This document shows positions 50,570-59,368 of a stretch of 64,000 bases of DNA, in pieces. Both the position numbers and the translations under genes were made by a program. The notes below the pieces were generated by a model, which made no database searches, had not been told where the DNA came from, and worked only from the letters and a program-made list of their open reading frames with translations. Position 1 is the first letter of the stretch. Every line of letters begins with the position of its first letter. The stretch spans positions 352,001-416,000 of the forward strand of contig CBDHHL010000032.1 of NCBI GenBank assembly GCA_965263355.1, written 5' to 3'. Source of the stretch: Leptolyngbyaceae cyanobacterium (GTDB lineage Bacteria; Cyanobacteriota; Cyanobacteriia; Phormidesmidales; Phormidesmidaceae).

Positions 50570-50640
50570 ACCTTACCCACGTCCAGAACTATAGTTTTGT
50601 CCTAGAGGAATTTCCAGGTTTCAACTTGGACGTAGTTTAG
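50567..50640 (-). repeat. 74-bp structured dispersed repeat, copy C
   Basis: Reverse complement reads ctaaactacgtccaagttgaaacctgg...gttctggacgtgggtaaggtttg. Confidence 0.8.
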
Positions 50641-50754
50641 TCAGTAGGGTATGTCCGTAAGCTACCTCTAAACATAGTTCATAAAGATGGTTCACAATAG
50701 AGAAACCTCTGGGGAAATACTGACGTTTCCTCCTACCCTCAACCATCAGGCACC

Positions 50755-52527
50755 ATGACCTACCCACTCCAGCGTTTGTTGACCTATGGCCGCCGCTATC
50801 GTTACCGAATTTGGCTGGCGAGTTTGGCTTCAATTTTGAATAAGGTATTTGATTTGGCCCCCCCTGTGCTGATTGGTCTGGCCGTGGATGTGGTCGTCAA
50901 ACAGCAGGACTCTTGGATTGCTAGTTGGGGTGTATCTAGCATTCGCAGTCAGTTTGTATGGTTATCCCTGTTGACGGCGATTGTTTGGGCATTGGAGTCA
51001 ATATTTGAGTACGCTTACAACTGGCTATGGCGAAACTTAGCCCAGTCAATTCAGCATGATCTGCGACTGGATGCCTACGGCCATCTGCAATCGTTGGAGT
51101 TAGCGTTTTTTGAGGAGCGTAGTTCAGGGGGGTTGATGGCCATTCTTAACGATGACATCAACCAGTTAGAGCGATTTTTAGATCATGGTGCCAATGAAGT
51201 CTTGCAGGTGATTACCACCGTGGTAATTATTGGCAGTGCTTTTTTTGCGATCACCCCTAAAATTGCCTGGATGGCTATGCTACCAATGCCATTGATTATC
51301 TGGGGTGCGATCGCATTTCAGAAGTATTTAGCGCCGCGCTATGCTGATGTCCGTGAACGGGTTGGCCTACTCAATGGCCGTTTGGTCAATAATCTAACAG
51401 GCATTGCCACGATTAAGAGTTACACAGCAGAAGCCCACGAAAACCAGCAAGTTTATCGGGACAGTGAAGCCTATCGCCAGAGTAATCGCCGAGCAATTGC
51501 CCTAAGTTCGGCATTTATTCCAGTGATTCGCATTTTAATTTTGGTTGGCTTTACGGCCACGTTGCTTTACGGCGGGCTTGAAACGGTAGCTGGAAATTTG
51601 GCCGTGGGTACTTATAGCGTTTTGGTGTTTATTACTCAGCGTTTACTTTGGCCTTTAACGCGCTTAGGCGAAACGTTGGATGAGTGCTGGCGGGCGATGG
51701 CCTCGGTCAATCGGGTAATGAATCTACTGGATACCCCGGTGGCTATTCGCCCTGGGGATTATCGACTACCGGTGAGTAATGTGCGAGGAGAGATTGCTTT
51801 TAAAGATGTCACCTTTGCCTATCGTGAGCGCCTGCCAGTGGTGCAACACTTAACGCTGAAAATCCCTGCCGGTAAAACGACGGCCATTGTTGGGGCAACA
51901 GGCTCTGGTAAGAGTACCTTAGTCAAGCTGCTGCTCAGGTTTTATGAAATCAGTGATGGACAGATTACTCTAGACGGTCACGATCTAAACGCGCTGCATT
52001 TAGAGGATTTGCGTCGGGCTATTGGCTTAGTCAGTCAGGATGTATTTTTATTCCATGGGACAGTGGCTGAGAATATTGCCTACGGTAGCTTTAGCGCTAC
52101 GTCTGATGAGATTGAGAAAGCGGCCAGATTGGCTGAAGCCCACGAGTTTATTGAGCAGTTGCCCCAAGGGTATGACACTATCGTGGGTGAGCGTGGTCAG
52201 AAACTATCGGGGGGGCAGCGTCAACGTTTGGCCATTGCCCGTGCCCTGTTAAAAGATCCACCGATTTTGATTTTGGATGAAGCGACCTCAGCGGTAGACA
52301 ACGAAACGGAGGCGGCCATTCAGCGATCATTGGAAAAGATTACGCGCGATCGCACCACCATTGCCATTGCCCATCGCCTATCGACGGTGCGAAATGCCCA
52401 CTGTATTTATGTTATGGAGCAGGGGCAGTTAGCAGAATGGGGAACCCATGAGGATCTTTTAACCCGTAATGGTATTTACAGTAATTTGTGGCGTGTTCAG
52501 ATGGGTGAACAAGTAGTGGTGAGGTGA
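50755..52527 (+). CDS. ABC exporter, fused permease/ATP-binding (MsbA/ABCB-like)
   Basis: N-terminal multi-TM domain; [30 protein letters not shown]. Confidence 0.95.
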   Translation: MTYPLQRLLTYGRRYRYRIWLASLASILNKVFDLAPPVLIGLAVDVVVKQQDSWIASWGVSSIRSQFVWLSLLTAIVWALESIFEYAYNWLWRNLAQSIQHDLRLDAYGHLQSLELAFFEERSSGGLMAILNDDINQLERFLDHGANEVLQVITTVVIIGSAFFAITPKIAWMAMLPMPLIIWGAIAFQKYLAPRYADVRERVGLLNGRLVNNLTGIATIKSYTAEAHENQQVYRDSEAYRQSNRRAIALSSAFIPVIRILILVGFTATLLYGGLETVAGNLAVGTYSVLVFITQRLLWPLTRLGETLDECWRAMASVNRVMNLLDTPVAIRPGDYRLPVSNVRGEIAFKDVTFAYRERLPVVQHLTLKIPAGKTTAIVGATGSGKSTLVKLLLRFYEISDGQITLDGHDLNALHLEDLRRAIGLVSQDVFLFHGTVAENIAYGSFSATSDEIEKAARLAEAHEFIEQLPQGYDTIVGERGQKLSGGQRQRLAIARALLKDPPILILDEATSAVDNETEAAIQRSLEKITRDRTTIAIAHRLSTVRNAHCIYVMEQGQLAEWGTHEDLLTRNGIYSNLWRVQMGEQVVVR

Positions 52528-52714
52528 ATTTTAATGTGATGAATTACACAAGCTCGATGTCCGTATGTGTAGACTCAATATAAATCTACATAGTTATTTT
52601 GTAGATATACACAAGCAACCTGGAAATTCCGGATCTAACTGTGTCAGCTGGGATATTGGATTGGTGTTAACTGTTTAAAACAGTAGCGTCATCGGTGTTT
52701 TTCCTTAACCAGTC

Positions 52715-53467
52715 ATGGCATTAAATAGGGTTCAATCGACAGCATCGACAAGCTATCTAGCTGCCTCAAGCATGTTGGTACTAACCGTAGGCTTTCAAGG
52801 GACTGCGGCTAATGCTGTGGGAGATTTTCCGGTACCCGAGCCAGATAAACCTATGTTCGAATCTGAGGCTACCGATGCCTCGGAAGATGTGAATACTGAT
52901 CCGGTTGCTGCGGTGGAACCAACTTCTATCCGTCCCAGGTTTTCACAATTGAGAGTTCAGGCTCAGAGACTGATTAAGGCTGAGGTACAGCCTGCTACTA
53001 ACGTTTCTGTTGTCAGTTTAGAAACCCATCGTCGAGAGTTACATCGTCGTTCAAATGCAGTGGAATCTCAGCTATTGGATCTGCAGTATTTGCTATCTAT
53101 CCAAGCCTATGGCGACAGTTTTGCTGATCGGCTGTTGGATGAGAATGAAGCCTATCAGACTAAGCTGAAGCAGATACAGGCCCTTGAAACAGAGATTCAT
53201 GAGGCGATACAACAGACGGATACTGCTCAGCTTACTCAGTTACAGAGACGTTTAAAGCGCATTGATCAAGAGCTGCGCCAGACGGCCCAGGGACAGTTGC
53301 AACAACATATTGCCCAAGCTCAGGTGACATCCACGATGGGATTGTGGCAAGAGCCTATGTATCGGGAATCGTTGCAATGGCTAATGGAACATACCCATGA
53401 GCGTCATCTTTTGAGAGCCCGACAGCAAACTTTGGCGAGTACGTTGGTTGCGATCGCTCCGAACTAA
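52715..53467 (+). CDS. Exported coiled-coil hypothetical protein
   Basis: Signal-like segment followed by Q/L/E-rich heptads. Confidence 0.55.
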   Translation: MALNRVQSTASTSYLAASSMLVLTVGFQGTAANAVGDFPVPEPDKPMFESEATDASEDVNTDPVAAVEPTSIRPRFSQLRVQAQRLIKAEVQPATNVSVVSLETHRRELHRRSNAVESQLLDLQYLLSIQAYGDSFADRLLDENEAYQTKLKQIQALETEIHEAIQQTDTAQLTQLQRRLKRIDQELRQTAQGQLQQHIAQAQVTSTMGLWQEPMYRESLQWLMEHTHERHLLRARQQTLASTLVAIAPN

Positions 53468-53892
53468 CGCTGCATTTTTTGCCATTCGATCTTAAGACAG
53501 GCATCCATGACCACTTGCCAGCCATAGTCAATGGCTTTCTGGGCAACAGCTACGTCATAGATATCTAGCTGTGTCCACAAACATTTCACCTCGGACATGG
53601 TTTTCAGAGTAAGAATTTCATCCAACAAGTCAGGTAAAAATTCGCTGCGACGAAAGACATTCACCATGTCGATGGGGCCAGGAACGTCGGCTAAACGAGG
53701 GTAGCAGTGTTGACCATCGATTTCTTTAGCTACTGGATGGACTGGGTAGGCGATATAACCCCACTGACGCATATAGCGAGACACTTGATAACTGGGACGA
53801 TCGGGTCTAGGGGAGTGGCCCACAACAGCGATATACTTCGTGTTGGCCAGAACATGCTGGATCACAGTTGGGTCTTGGTAAGACGGGTTCAT
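53464..53892 (-). CDS. CoA-binding domain protein (YccU-like)
   Basis: IAVVGHSPRPDRPSY, YPVHP, IDMVNVFRRS, WTQLDI, VVMDAC. Confidence 0.9.
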   Translation of the reverse strand: MNPSYQDPTVIQHVLANTKYIAVVGHSPRPDRPSYQVSRYMRQWGYIAYPVHPVAKEIDGQHCYPRLADVPGPIDMVNVFRRSEFLPDLLDEILTLKTMSEVKCLWTQLDIYDVAVAQKAIDYGWQVVMDACLKIEWQKMQR

Positions 53893-53923
53893 GGTAGGGC
53901 ATTTGTAAGGGGTATCGCCAACT

Positions 53924-54364
53924 ATGCAGATTGTTTCGCACTATCTAACGTTTGATACGGCTGAGGCGATTGATATTGTCAACATTACCGCAGCGATTCA
54001 GCACCAGGTAGAGGCTGTTGGGATACGTCAAGGCCATGTAGTGATTTTCTCTTGTCATACGACCACAGCATTAACAGTAAATGAAGATGAATCGCGGTTG
54101 GTGGTGGATATTAAAACCTATCTGCGTAAGCTGGCTCCACTGCAGGATCGGTATTTGCACAATGATCTGCATCTACGGGATGTGCCACCGGATGAGCCGA
54201 TTAATGCGCACTCGCATCTGATGGCGATGACTTTGGGTAATAGTGAAATGGTGCCGATTGTCGATGGGACGCTAGCGTTGGGCACCTATCAGTCTGTGAT
54301 GCTGGTGGATTTGGATGGTCCGAGGCAAGGGCGGAAGGTGTTGATACAGATTTGTGGTGTGTAG
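53924..54364 (+). CDS. yjbQ: YjbQ/UPF0047 family protein
   Basis: HTTTALTVNE, YLHND, NAHSHL, LGTYQSVMLVDLDGPR. Confidence 0.92.
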   Translation: MQIVSHYLTFDTAEAIDIVNITAAIQHQVEAVGIRQGHVVIFSCHTTTALTVNEDESRLVVDIKTYLRKLAPLQDRYLHNDLHLRDVPPDEPINAHSHLMAMTLGNSEMVPIVDGTLALGTYQSVMLVDLDGPRQGRKVLIQICGV

Positions 54365-55138
54365 CTAAATCGCATTGGGGTCAATGCCTAGCTCTTTTAG
54401 CTTTTCTGCTAATCGATCTGCTTGAGCTTGAGCTTGGTCCAACTGGGCTTGAGCCTGATCCGCCCTGGCCTGGGCTTGGTCTGCTTTGGCCTGAGCCTGG
54501 TCTGCTTTTATTTCTGCTTGTTGTGCTCGTTCTTCTGGTGTGGGCAATCGACTTCCGTCTTTGGTGTACCAGTAAAGCCATTCGCGCTCTCGCCCCAGGT
54601 AAGTTCCCCGTTCTCGCCCTAAGGCTAGACCAATTTCAGGTAGCCATACGGGAGACCCGTCCAGACGTTGATAGCTGCCATCAATTAATGCGTACACCTC
54701 CAGGGGCTGACGCTTGCGTCGGGATTTTTGATTTGGCAGATAAACAGCGTAGTAGCGAATGCCTAAGTCGGCGTAGATTGCTTTTTTGCGTTCGTATTCG
54801 CCTCCGTAGTTTTTTGAGACGACTTCTAAGGCCAGGATGGGGGCAATGTTGTCTTCTTCCCAGAAAACATAGCTCAGGCGTCCGTCTTCTCCGATAAAGC
54901 GTTCTACCCCCAGGCTGAGAAACCCATCGGGGACGATGGCTGGTTTGGCTGGGTCGTAGTAGATGCCCATATCTACGCCAAAAAACCAGTCGAGGCGATG
55001 GGGCCATACCATGGCTAGTATGGCTTCGAGCAGATTTGGGATTAGGTTCTGTAGCTCGTTATCTACAGGGGTGTCGTCTGAGTCGGGTAGCTCAGCTGAG
55101 GAGGGGAGGCATTGTTTGGGATCGAAGTGTAAAACCAT
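54365..55138 (-). CDS. Uma2-family (PD-(D/E)XK) endonuclease with C-terminal heptad repeats
   Basis: LPDSDDTPVDNELQ, IVPDGFL, LEVVS...EYERKKAIYA; tail of QAQA(K/R)AD repeats ending LGIDP. Confidence 0.92.
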   Translation of the reverse strand: MVLHFDPKQCLPSSAELPDSDDTPVDNELQNLIPNLLEAILAMVWPHRLDWFFGVDMGIYYDPAKPAIVPDGFLSLGVERFIGEDGRLSYVFWEEDNIAPILALEVVSKNYGGEYERKKAIYADLGIRYYAVYLPNQKSRRKRQPLEVYALIDGSYQRLDGSPVWLPEIGLALGRERGTYLGREREWLYWYTKDGSRLPTPEERAQQAEIKADQAQAKADQAQARADQAQAQLDQAQAQADRLAEKLKELGIDPNAI

Positions 55139-55257
55139 GGGGATCCTGGGAATGTGCCTGGGCTATTGCTATTTTAGCGTTCCGCTATGGGTTGCTTTGT
55201 TTGTAGTTTGTCGGCAAATCTATTAGCTAACATAAATGGCGGTAGTTCAATTGGAAT

Positions 55258-55692
55258 ATGAGCGAAAAGTATCTTGATGATTTTAGTTCGTGGACGGCTC
55301 AAACAGCCCAGTTGTTGCGAGAGCGCCGCTGGAATGAAATTGATTTGTCGAAGCTAATTGAAGAGGTGGAGGATTTGGGCAAAAGTGAACGACGTGGTAT
55401 CTCTAGTCAGCTGACACGTCTTTTACTTCAGTTGCTCAAGTGGCAGTACCAACCCCAGCGCCGTTCAGACAGTTGGCTAGATTCTATTACCGATGCGCGA
55501 ATTCAGATCGAGCTGGCGATTGAGGATAGTCCTAGTTTGAGGGATTATCCGGCGGAACAGCTTGATAAGTGTTATCAGCGGGCACGTCGGCAGGCAGCTA
55601 AGCAAACGGGGCTGGAAACGGCTATATTTCCTGAAACATGTACTTATGCTATTGAGTCTGTATTGGCGGAAGATTGGTTACCGGAGAGTTAG
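55258..55692 (+). CDS. DUF29-family protein
   Basis: Y..DF..W...TAQLLR...LIEEVEDLGKSERR...LLKWQYQPQRRSDSW...SPSL...FPETCTY. Confidence 0.92.
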   Translation: MSEKYLDDFSSWTAQTAQLLRERRWNEIDLSKLIEEVEDLGKSERRGISSQLTRLLLQLLKWQYQPQRRSDSWLDSITDARIQIELAIEDSPSLRDYPAEQLDKCYQRARRQAAKQTGLETAIFPETCTYAIESVLAEDWLPES

Positions 55693-55826
55693 TAATCTGT
55701 TCTGAGAATTGGTGATCGGCACATTGTTCTAACGCTATTGCTATTTTTAGCGCCCTGTTAGGCTTTTGTTTGTTTGCGCAATGGGCTCTGTTTATATGAC
55801 GAAAGCGCTATGATTGCGACAACTGT

Positions 55827-56432
55827 GTGATTGATGCTTACTGCATGGCCATGACTACAACGCTGACTAGGTCAATCCGATTTGCTGAGTATCTGCTGCT
55901 ACCCTACGATGGGCAGCGCACAGAGTTGGTGGACGGCAAAATTATCAAGATGACTGAGGCGAGTCCGTTACACATTGACATCATTGATTTTTTGATTGAT
56001 TTGATTAAGGCGCATATTGCTGAGCAGTCTCTTGATTTGGTGGTGCGTACGGGGGTGGGGGTGGAAATTCCCCGCGCAGTGGGACCCAACAATGCTCGTG
56101 ATCCTGATATTGTTGTTTGCCCGCGCCAGCAGTGGAAGGCGATGCGCGATTTTACGAAGGCTATTTTTTTGATGGATAATCCGCCTGCGCTGGCGGTGGA
56201 GGTGGTCAGTCCTGGTAATCAGACTGTGGATACGGTGGATAAGCGTCAGGAGTATGCTCTGGCCAGGGTACCTGAGTATTGGATTGTTAATCCGATTGAT
56301 GGGTATGTGTTGGTGCTGGTGCTTGATGGTGATGATTATCGGGAAGTGGTTGAATATCGGGGAGAGGAGCTGATTGAGTCGATGTTGTTGTCTGGGTTGA
56401 CGGTGATGGTGGATGAGATTTTAGCCCCGTAA
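55827..56432 (+). CDS. Uma2-family endonuclease
   Basis: ELVDGKI, RDPDIVV, LAVEVVSPG, KRQEYALARVPEYWIVNP. Confidence 0.92.
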   Translation: MIDAYCMAMTTTLTRSIRFAEYLLLPYDGQRTELVDGKIIKMTEASPLHIDIIDFLIDLIKAHIAEQSLDLVVRTGVGVEIPRAVGPNNARDPDIVVCPRQQWKAMRDFTKAIFLMDNPPALAVEVVSPGNQTVDTVDKRQEYALARVPEYWIVNPIDGYVLVLVLDGDDYREVVEYRGEELIESMLLSGLTVMVDEILAP

Positions 56433-56863
56433 GGTAGAGATGTAGCACAACTAAAAAGTGATGGGTATTCTGACGCGGTGCGTTAGTCATGCCCCCTACT
56501 GGTTGCTGAATCGTTATCAATCTTTGAATTCTAAATCCCATCAGTTAGAACTGCTCTTCATTTAAGAGTAAAATCACCAGTCTTCTCTAGGTAATCCCAT
56601 TGCAGCAACTATAAAGTACTCGAGTTTAACCCAAGGATAAATAGTTTCGCAAGCGCCAGAATAAACCTGAATAATATGGCTATAGCTACCTTTTATTTTT
56701 TTTAGAAAAACATCGTAAATTACATCTTCAGCTGTTGGTAGCTTAGCAGGGGTTACCTCAGCTGCTTTACGAGCTAGACAACATATCGTTGAGGTGACAT
56801 TTACTGAATTTGATTCAAATGGAATGAAGCTTATACATAGGCTTATAGATAGAGGTAGATTCA

Positions 56864-58087
56864 GTGGCAACTGATATATCCGTAAATTTAGCTCGGCTTG
56901 AACTCCGAGAAATTTTGCTGCACGGTTCAGAAACCTGGAATCAATGGAGAAAAGAAAATCCGAATGCCTTTATCGACCTCTTTGGGGTTAACCTCCGTGA
57001 AGCTAATCTTTTTGGGGCTGACCTGCATGAGGCTAACCTCCGTGGAGCTAACCTTCTTGGAGCTAACCTGCATGAGGTTGACCTCCGTGGGGCTAACCTC
57101 CATGAGGTTGACCTCCGTGGGGCTATCCTCCATGGGGCTATCCTCCGTGAGGCTATCCTTAGTAGAGCTAACCTCCGTAGGGCTGACCTGCATCAGGCCG
57201 ATCTCCGTAGGGTTAACCTCTTTGGGTCTATTCTCAGTAGAGCTAACCTCCGTAAGACTACACTCTTTGGGGCTAACCTCCGTAGGGCTACACTCTTTGG
57301 AGCTAGCCTACATGAGGCTGACCTCCGTGGGGCTAACCTGCGTGGGGCTAACCTCCGTGGGACTGCCTTCTATAAGGCTACCCTCCGTGGGGCTGACCTT
57401 CATGGGGCTGACCTTCGCGGGGCTACCCTTCATGGGGCTGACCTCCGTGGGGCTGACCTCCGTGGGGCTGACCTCCGTGGGGCTGACCTCCGTGAAGTTA
57501 AACTCCTTATCGAAGAAACGTTCAAAATCAAGGTTTTTGACGAGGAAATAGAGCCAAGTGACCTCAAAGAATTAAAAACCGCGATCGCTAGCTATACAGA
57601 AGCCGTTGGCTACACAGATCCAGAAATACTCTCAGAAAGATACGGCTCTTTTTTTAGCGATATTCGATATAAGATAGCCAAAACTTTAACTCCTGAAGTA
57701 ATCGAAAAAGCTACACGGGAAGGGGAAGATCTTTATCGACGCGGCACAGCGAATCTCAAAGCACAGCTAGAGAAAACAGGGGTTAAATCGACTCAAAAGC
57801 TTGTAAACGCTACAGCTGAGCTTCTTAAAGCTGTAGAGCCTTTCAACAATGTAGTTTTAACTTTCGGAAAACTGATAATTATTAAGCACACTGCGCCAGA
57901 CGGTAAGACTCAGACAATTGTCAGAACTGTTTCAACGGAGATTCAAAACCAACTAGAGTCTACCCCCCATATACTTGATGCCCCAAACACTTTACTGGCC
58001 TTTCTTCAAGGGGAAACTATGGTTCCGCAAGATACCCCCTTGTCAGTTGTCCCAGAAGAAAGACGGATTGAATCAGAGCTTTCCTAG
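56864..58087 (+). CDS. Pentapeptide-repeat protein fused to an unknown C-terminal domain
   Basis: WNQWRKENP leader, 34 pentapeptide units, then about 195 aa of non-repetitive sequence. Confidence 0.85.
   Translation: MATDISVNLARLELREILLHGSETWNQWRKENPNAFIDLFGVNLREANLFGADLHEANLRGANLLGANLHEVDLRGANLHEVDLRGAILHGAILREAILSRANLRRADLHQADLRRVNLFGSILSRANLRKTTLFGANLRRATLFGASLHEADLRGANLRGANLRGTAFYKATLRGADLHGADLRGATLHGADLRGADLRGADLRGADLREVKLLIEETFKIKVFDEEIEPSDLKELKTAIASYTEAVGYTDPEILSERYGSFFSDIRYKIAKTLTPEVIEKATREGEDLYRRGTANLKAQLEKTGVKSTQKLVNATAELLKAVEPFNNVVLTFGKLIIIKHTAPDGKTQTIVRTVSTEIQNQLESTPHILDAPNTLLAFLQGETMVPQDTPLSVVPEERRIESELS
56984..57493 (+). repeat. Tandem 15-nt repeat array (consensus ggggct(a/g)acctccgt), 34 units
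   Basis: Last four units (57434-57493) are identical: ggggctgacctccgt. Confidence 0.9.
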
Positions 58088-58106
58088 CATTAGGACTACT
58101 AAGTAT

Positions 58107-58472
58107 TCAAGAATTACGAGGGTCATCTTCATCTGAATGAAGCGTCTGACCAGGGGTAAGATACATAAACTTAGAACCTTTAGGTGCGCCCGGTTTATGC
58201 CAGATGCCCTTAGGTACTACAAAAGTGGAACCCGCCTCAGCAATAACGTGTTGAGGCAAGTCTCCATCTAGCAACGTTATTTCCAATTCTCCTTCAAGAA
58301 TATAAAACCATTCATCCGTGTCTGGGTGCATTTCCCACACAGGGGAAACACCTGTGATGCTACACGCGCCCACATGATTGTTGTTAAATACTACGACATT
58401 GAGGAAGGAACCCTCGGGATGGGCAGCCAGTTCGGAATAGACATTTTTGACTTCCATGGAATGTTGCCTCAA
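58107..58472 (-). CDS. Cupin-domain protein
   Basis: WEMHPDTDEWFYILEGEL and FVVPKGIWHKP cupin motifs. Confidence 0.88.
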   Translation of the reverse strand: MRQHSMEVKNVYSELAAHPEGSFLNVVVFNNNHVGACSITGVSPVWEMHPDTDEWFYILEGELEITLLDGDLPQHVIAEAGSTFVVPKGIWHKPGAPKGSKFMYLTPGQTLHSDEDDPRNS

Positions 58473-58522
58473 AAGTGTAACGAATTAAACTAGATCATAT
58501 GCACTAAATTTAGTTTAGCCAT

Positions 58523-58546
58523 AAGGGTAATGCATGCATTACCCTT
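58523..58546. repeat. 24-bp perfect palindrome, REP-like
   Basis: aagggtaatgca|tgcattaccctt. Confidence 0.8.
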
Positions 58547-58741
58547 GCGAAATCTTAACGTTACTGCAGCGGTATCCTAAGCAACCTAATCAGGGTGTTT
58601 AGGACAGAACTATTTTTCCAGCAACATAATTATGAGAATCAATATTAAAAAATGTATATGAAATAAATGAAGATGTTAACGTCCTAATTAACGCTTCAGG
58701 TTTCTGGATACATCTGTTAAATATTTCTGGTTCCCTTAAAT

Positions 58742-58939
58742 ATGAGTATTACTTTTGGTACGCCGGTTAAGCTTCCCGATGGACGTAATGGTGTAGTAAT
58801 TCCTTCGGCCTATCGTTTATGTGGACGTGTTCGCGTAAAAATCCAAGGAGGACGCAAAGTTTGGCTCCCTGAGGAGGTCTGTGTCCCAACCTACGAGTTT
58901 GAGGAAAGCGCTACGGCGATATATCAGGGACCTGCTTGA
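58742..58939 (+). CDS. Small hypothetical protein (SH3/KOW-like beta pattern)
   Basis: 65 aa, ATG start after an AT-rich region, followed by a strong hairpin. Confidence 0.5.
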   Translation: MSITFGTPVKLPDGRNGVVIPSAYRLCGRVRVKIQGGRKVWLPEEVCVPTYEFEESATAIYQGPA

Positions 58940-58962
58940 TAAAATTTATGAGCTTGGCGTCA

Positions 58963-59008
58963 AGAAATCGCCCGTTTGCTACCTCAGCCAGGCAAACGGG
59001 CGATTTCT
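58963..59008 (+). terminator. 17-bp perfect stem hairpin, probable terminator
   Basis: agaaatcgcccgtttgc ... gcaaacgggcgatttct. Confidence 0.7.
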
Positions 59009-59062
59009 ATAACTAAATGGAATCCACTCCAAACAGCTGCGAATGGAAAAGTCTGACTACTT

Positions 59063-59154
59063 GAATGGCACTGACGTAAGCATAAATCAGTGGCTGAAAT
59101 CCTTGGAAACTCGTGCTCTGTCATGTCAATCTTGACCTTATGTCAGTGCCATTC
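59063..59154. mobile_element. 92-bp MITE-like element with 18-bp TIRs and a 12-bp target-site duplication
   Basis: TIR gaatggcactgacgtaag / cttatgtcagtgccattc (17/18); flanks gtctgactactt (59051-62) and gcctgactactt (59155-66). Confidence 0.75.
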
Positions 59155-59368
59155 GCCTGACTACTTCATTAATTTATGTAACTTAATTGTTAATTAAATA
59201 TTAAATGCAATCTAAAATCTAAATTAATTATTAAATTCTTGTTTCTGTCTATGTCTCCATTGGCGTTGTCCGTTTTTTACTTATCTAGCAACGCCGTTTC
59301 TTAGCTAGTTCGTTATGTGGGTTTTCAAAATCCGCTTGTTTATAATTGCCGTTTGAGTAGAGGGTTCT

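Noticed and set aside
54352..55226. Several ORFs overlapping the Uma2 gene (54352-54897, 54381-54581, 54422-54622, 54681-55007, 54963-55226)
   Set aside because: Shadow frames of a GC-richer, repetitive gene; no recognisable motifs.
56574..56870. 98-aa minus-strand ORF in AT-rich DNA
   Set aside because: No recognisable motif and a weak start; may be a gene remnant but cannot be supported.
56898..57551. 217-aa alternative-frame ORF (LTSVG repeats) and antisense ORF 56927-57193 over the pentapeptide gene
   Set aside because: Explained by the 15-nt repeat unit lacking stop codons in those frames; no independent evidence of coding.
54365..59000. Integron cassette array or CRISPR array in the accessory patch
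   Set aside because: Genes are in mixed orientation, there are no RYYYAAC/GTTRRRY attC pairs, no integrase, and no regularly spaced repeat-spacer units.
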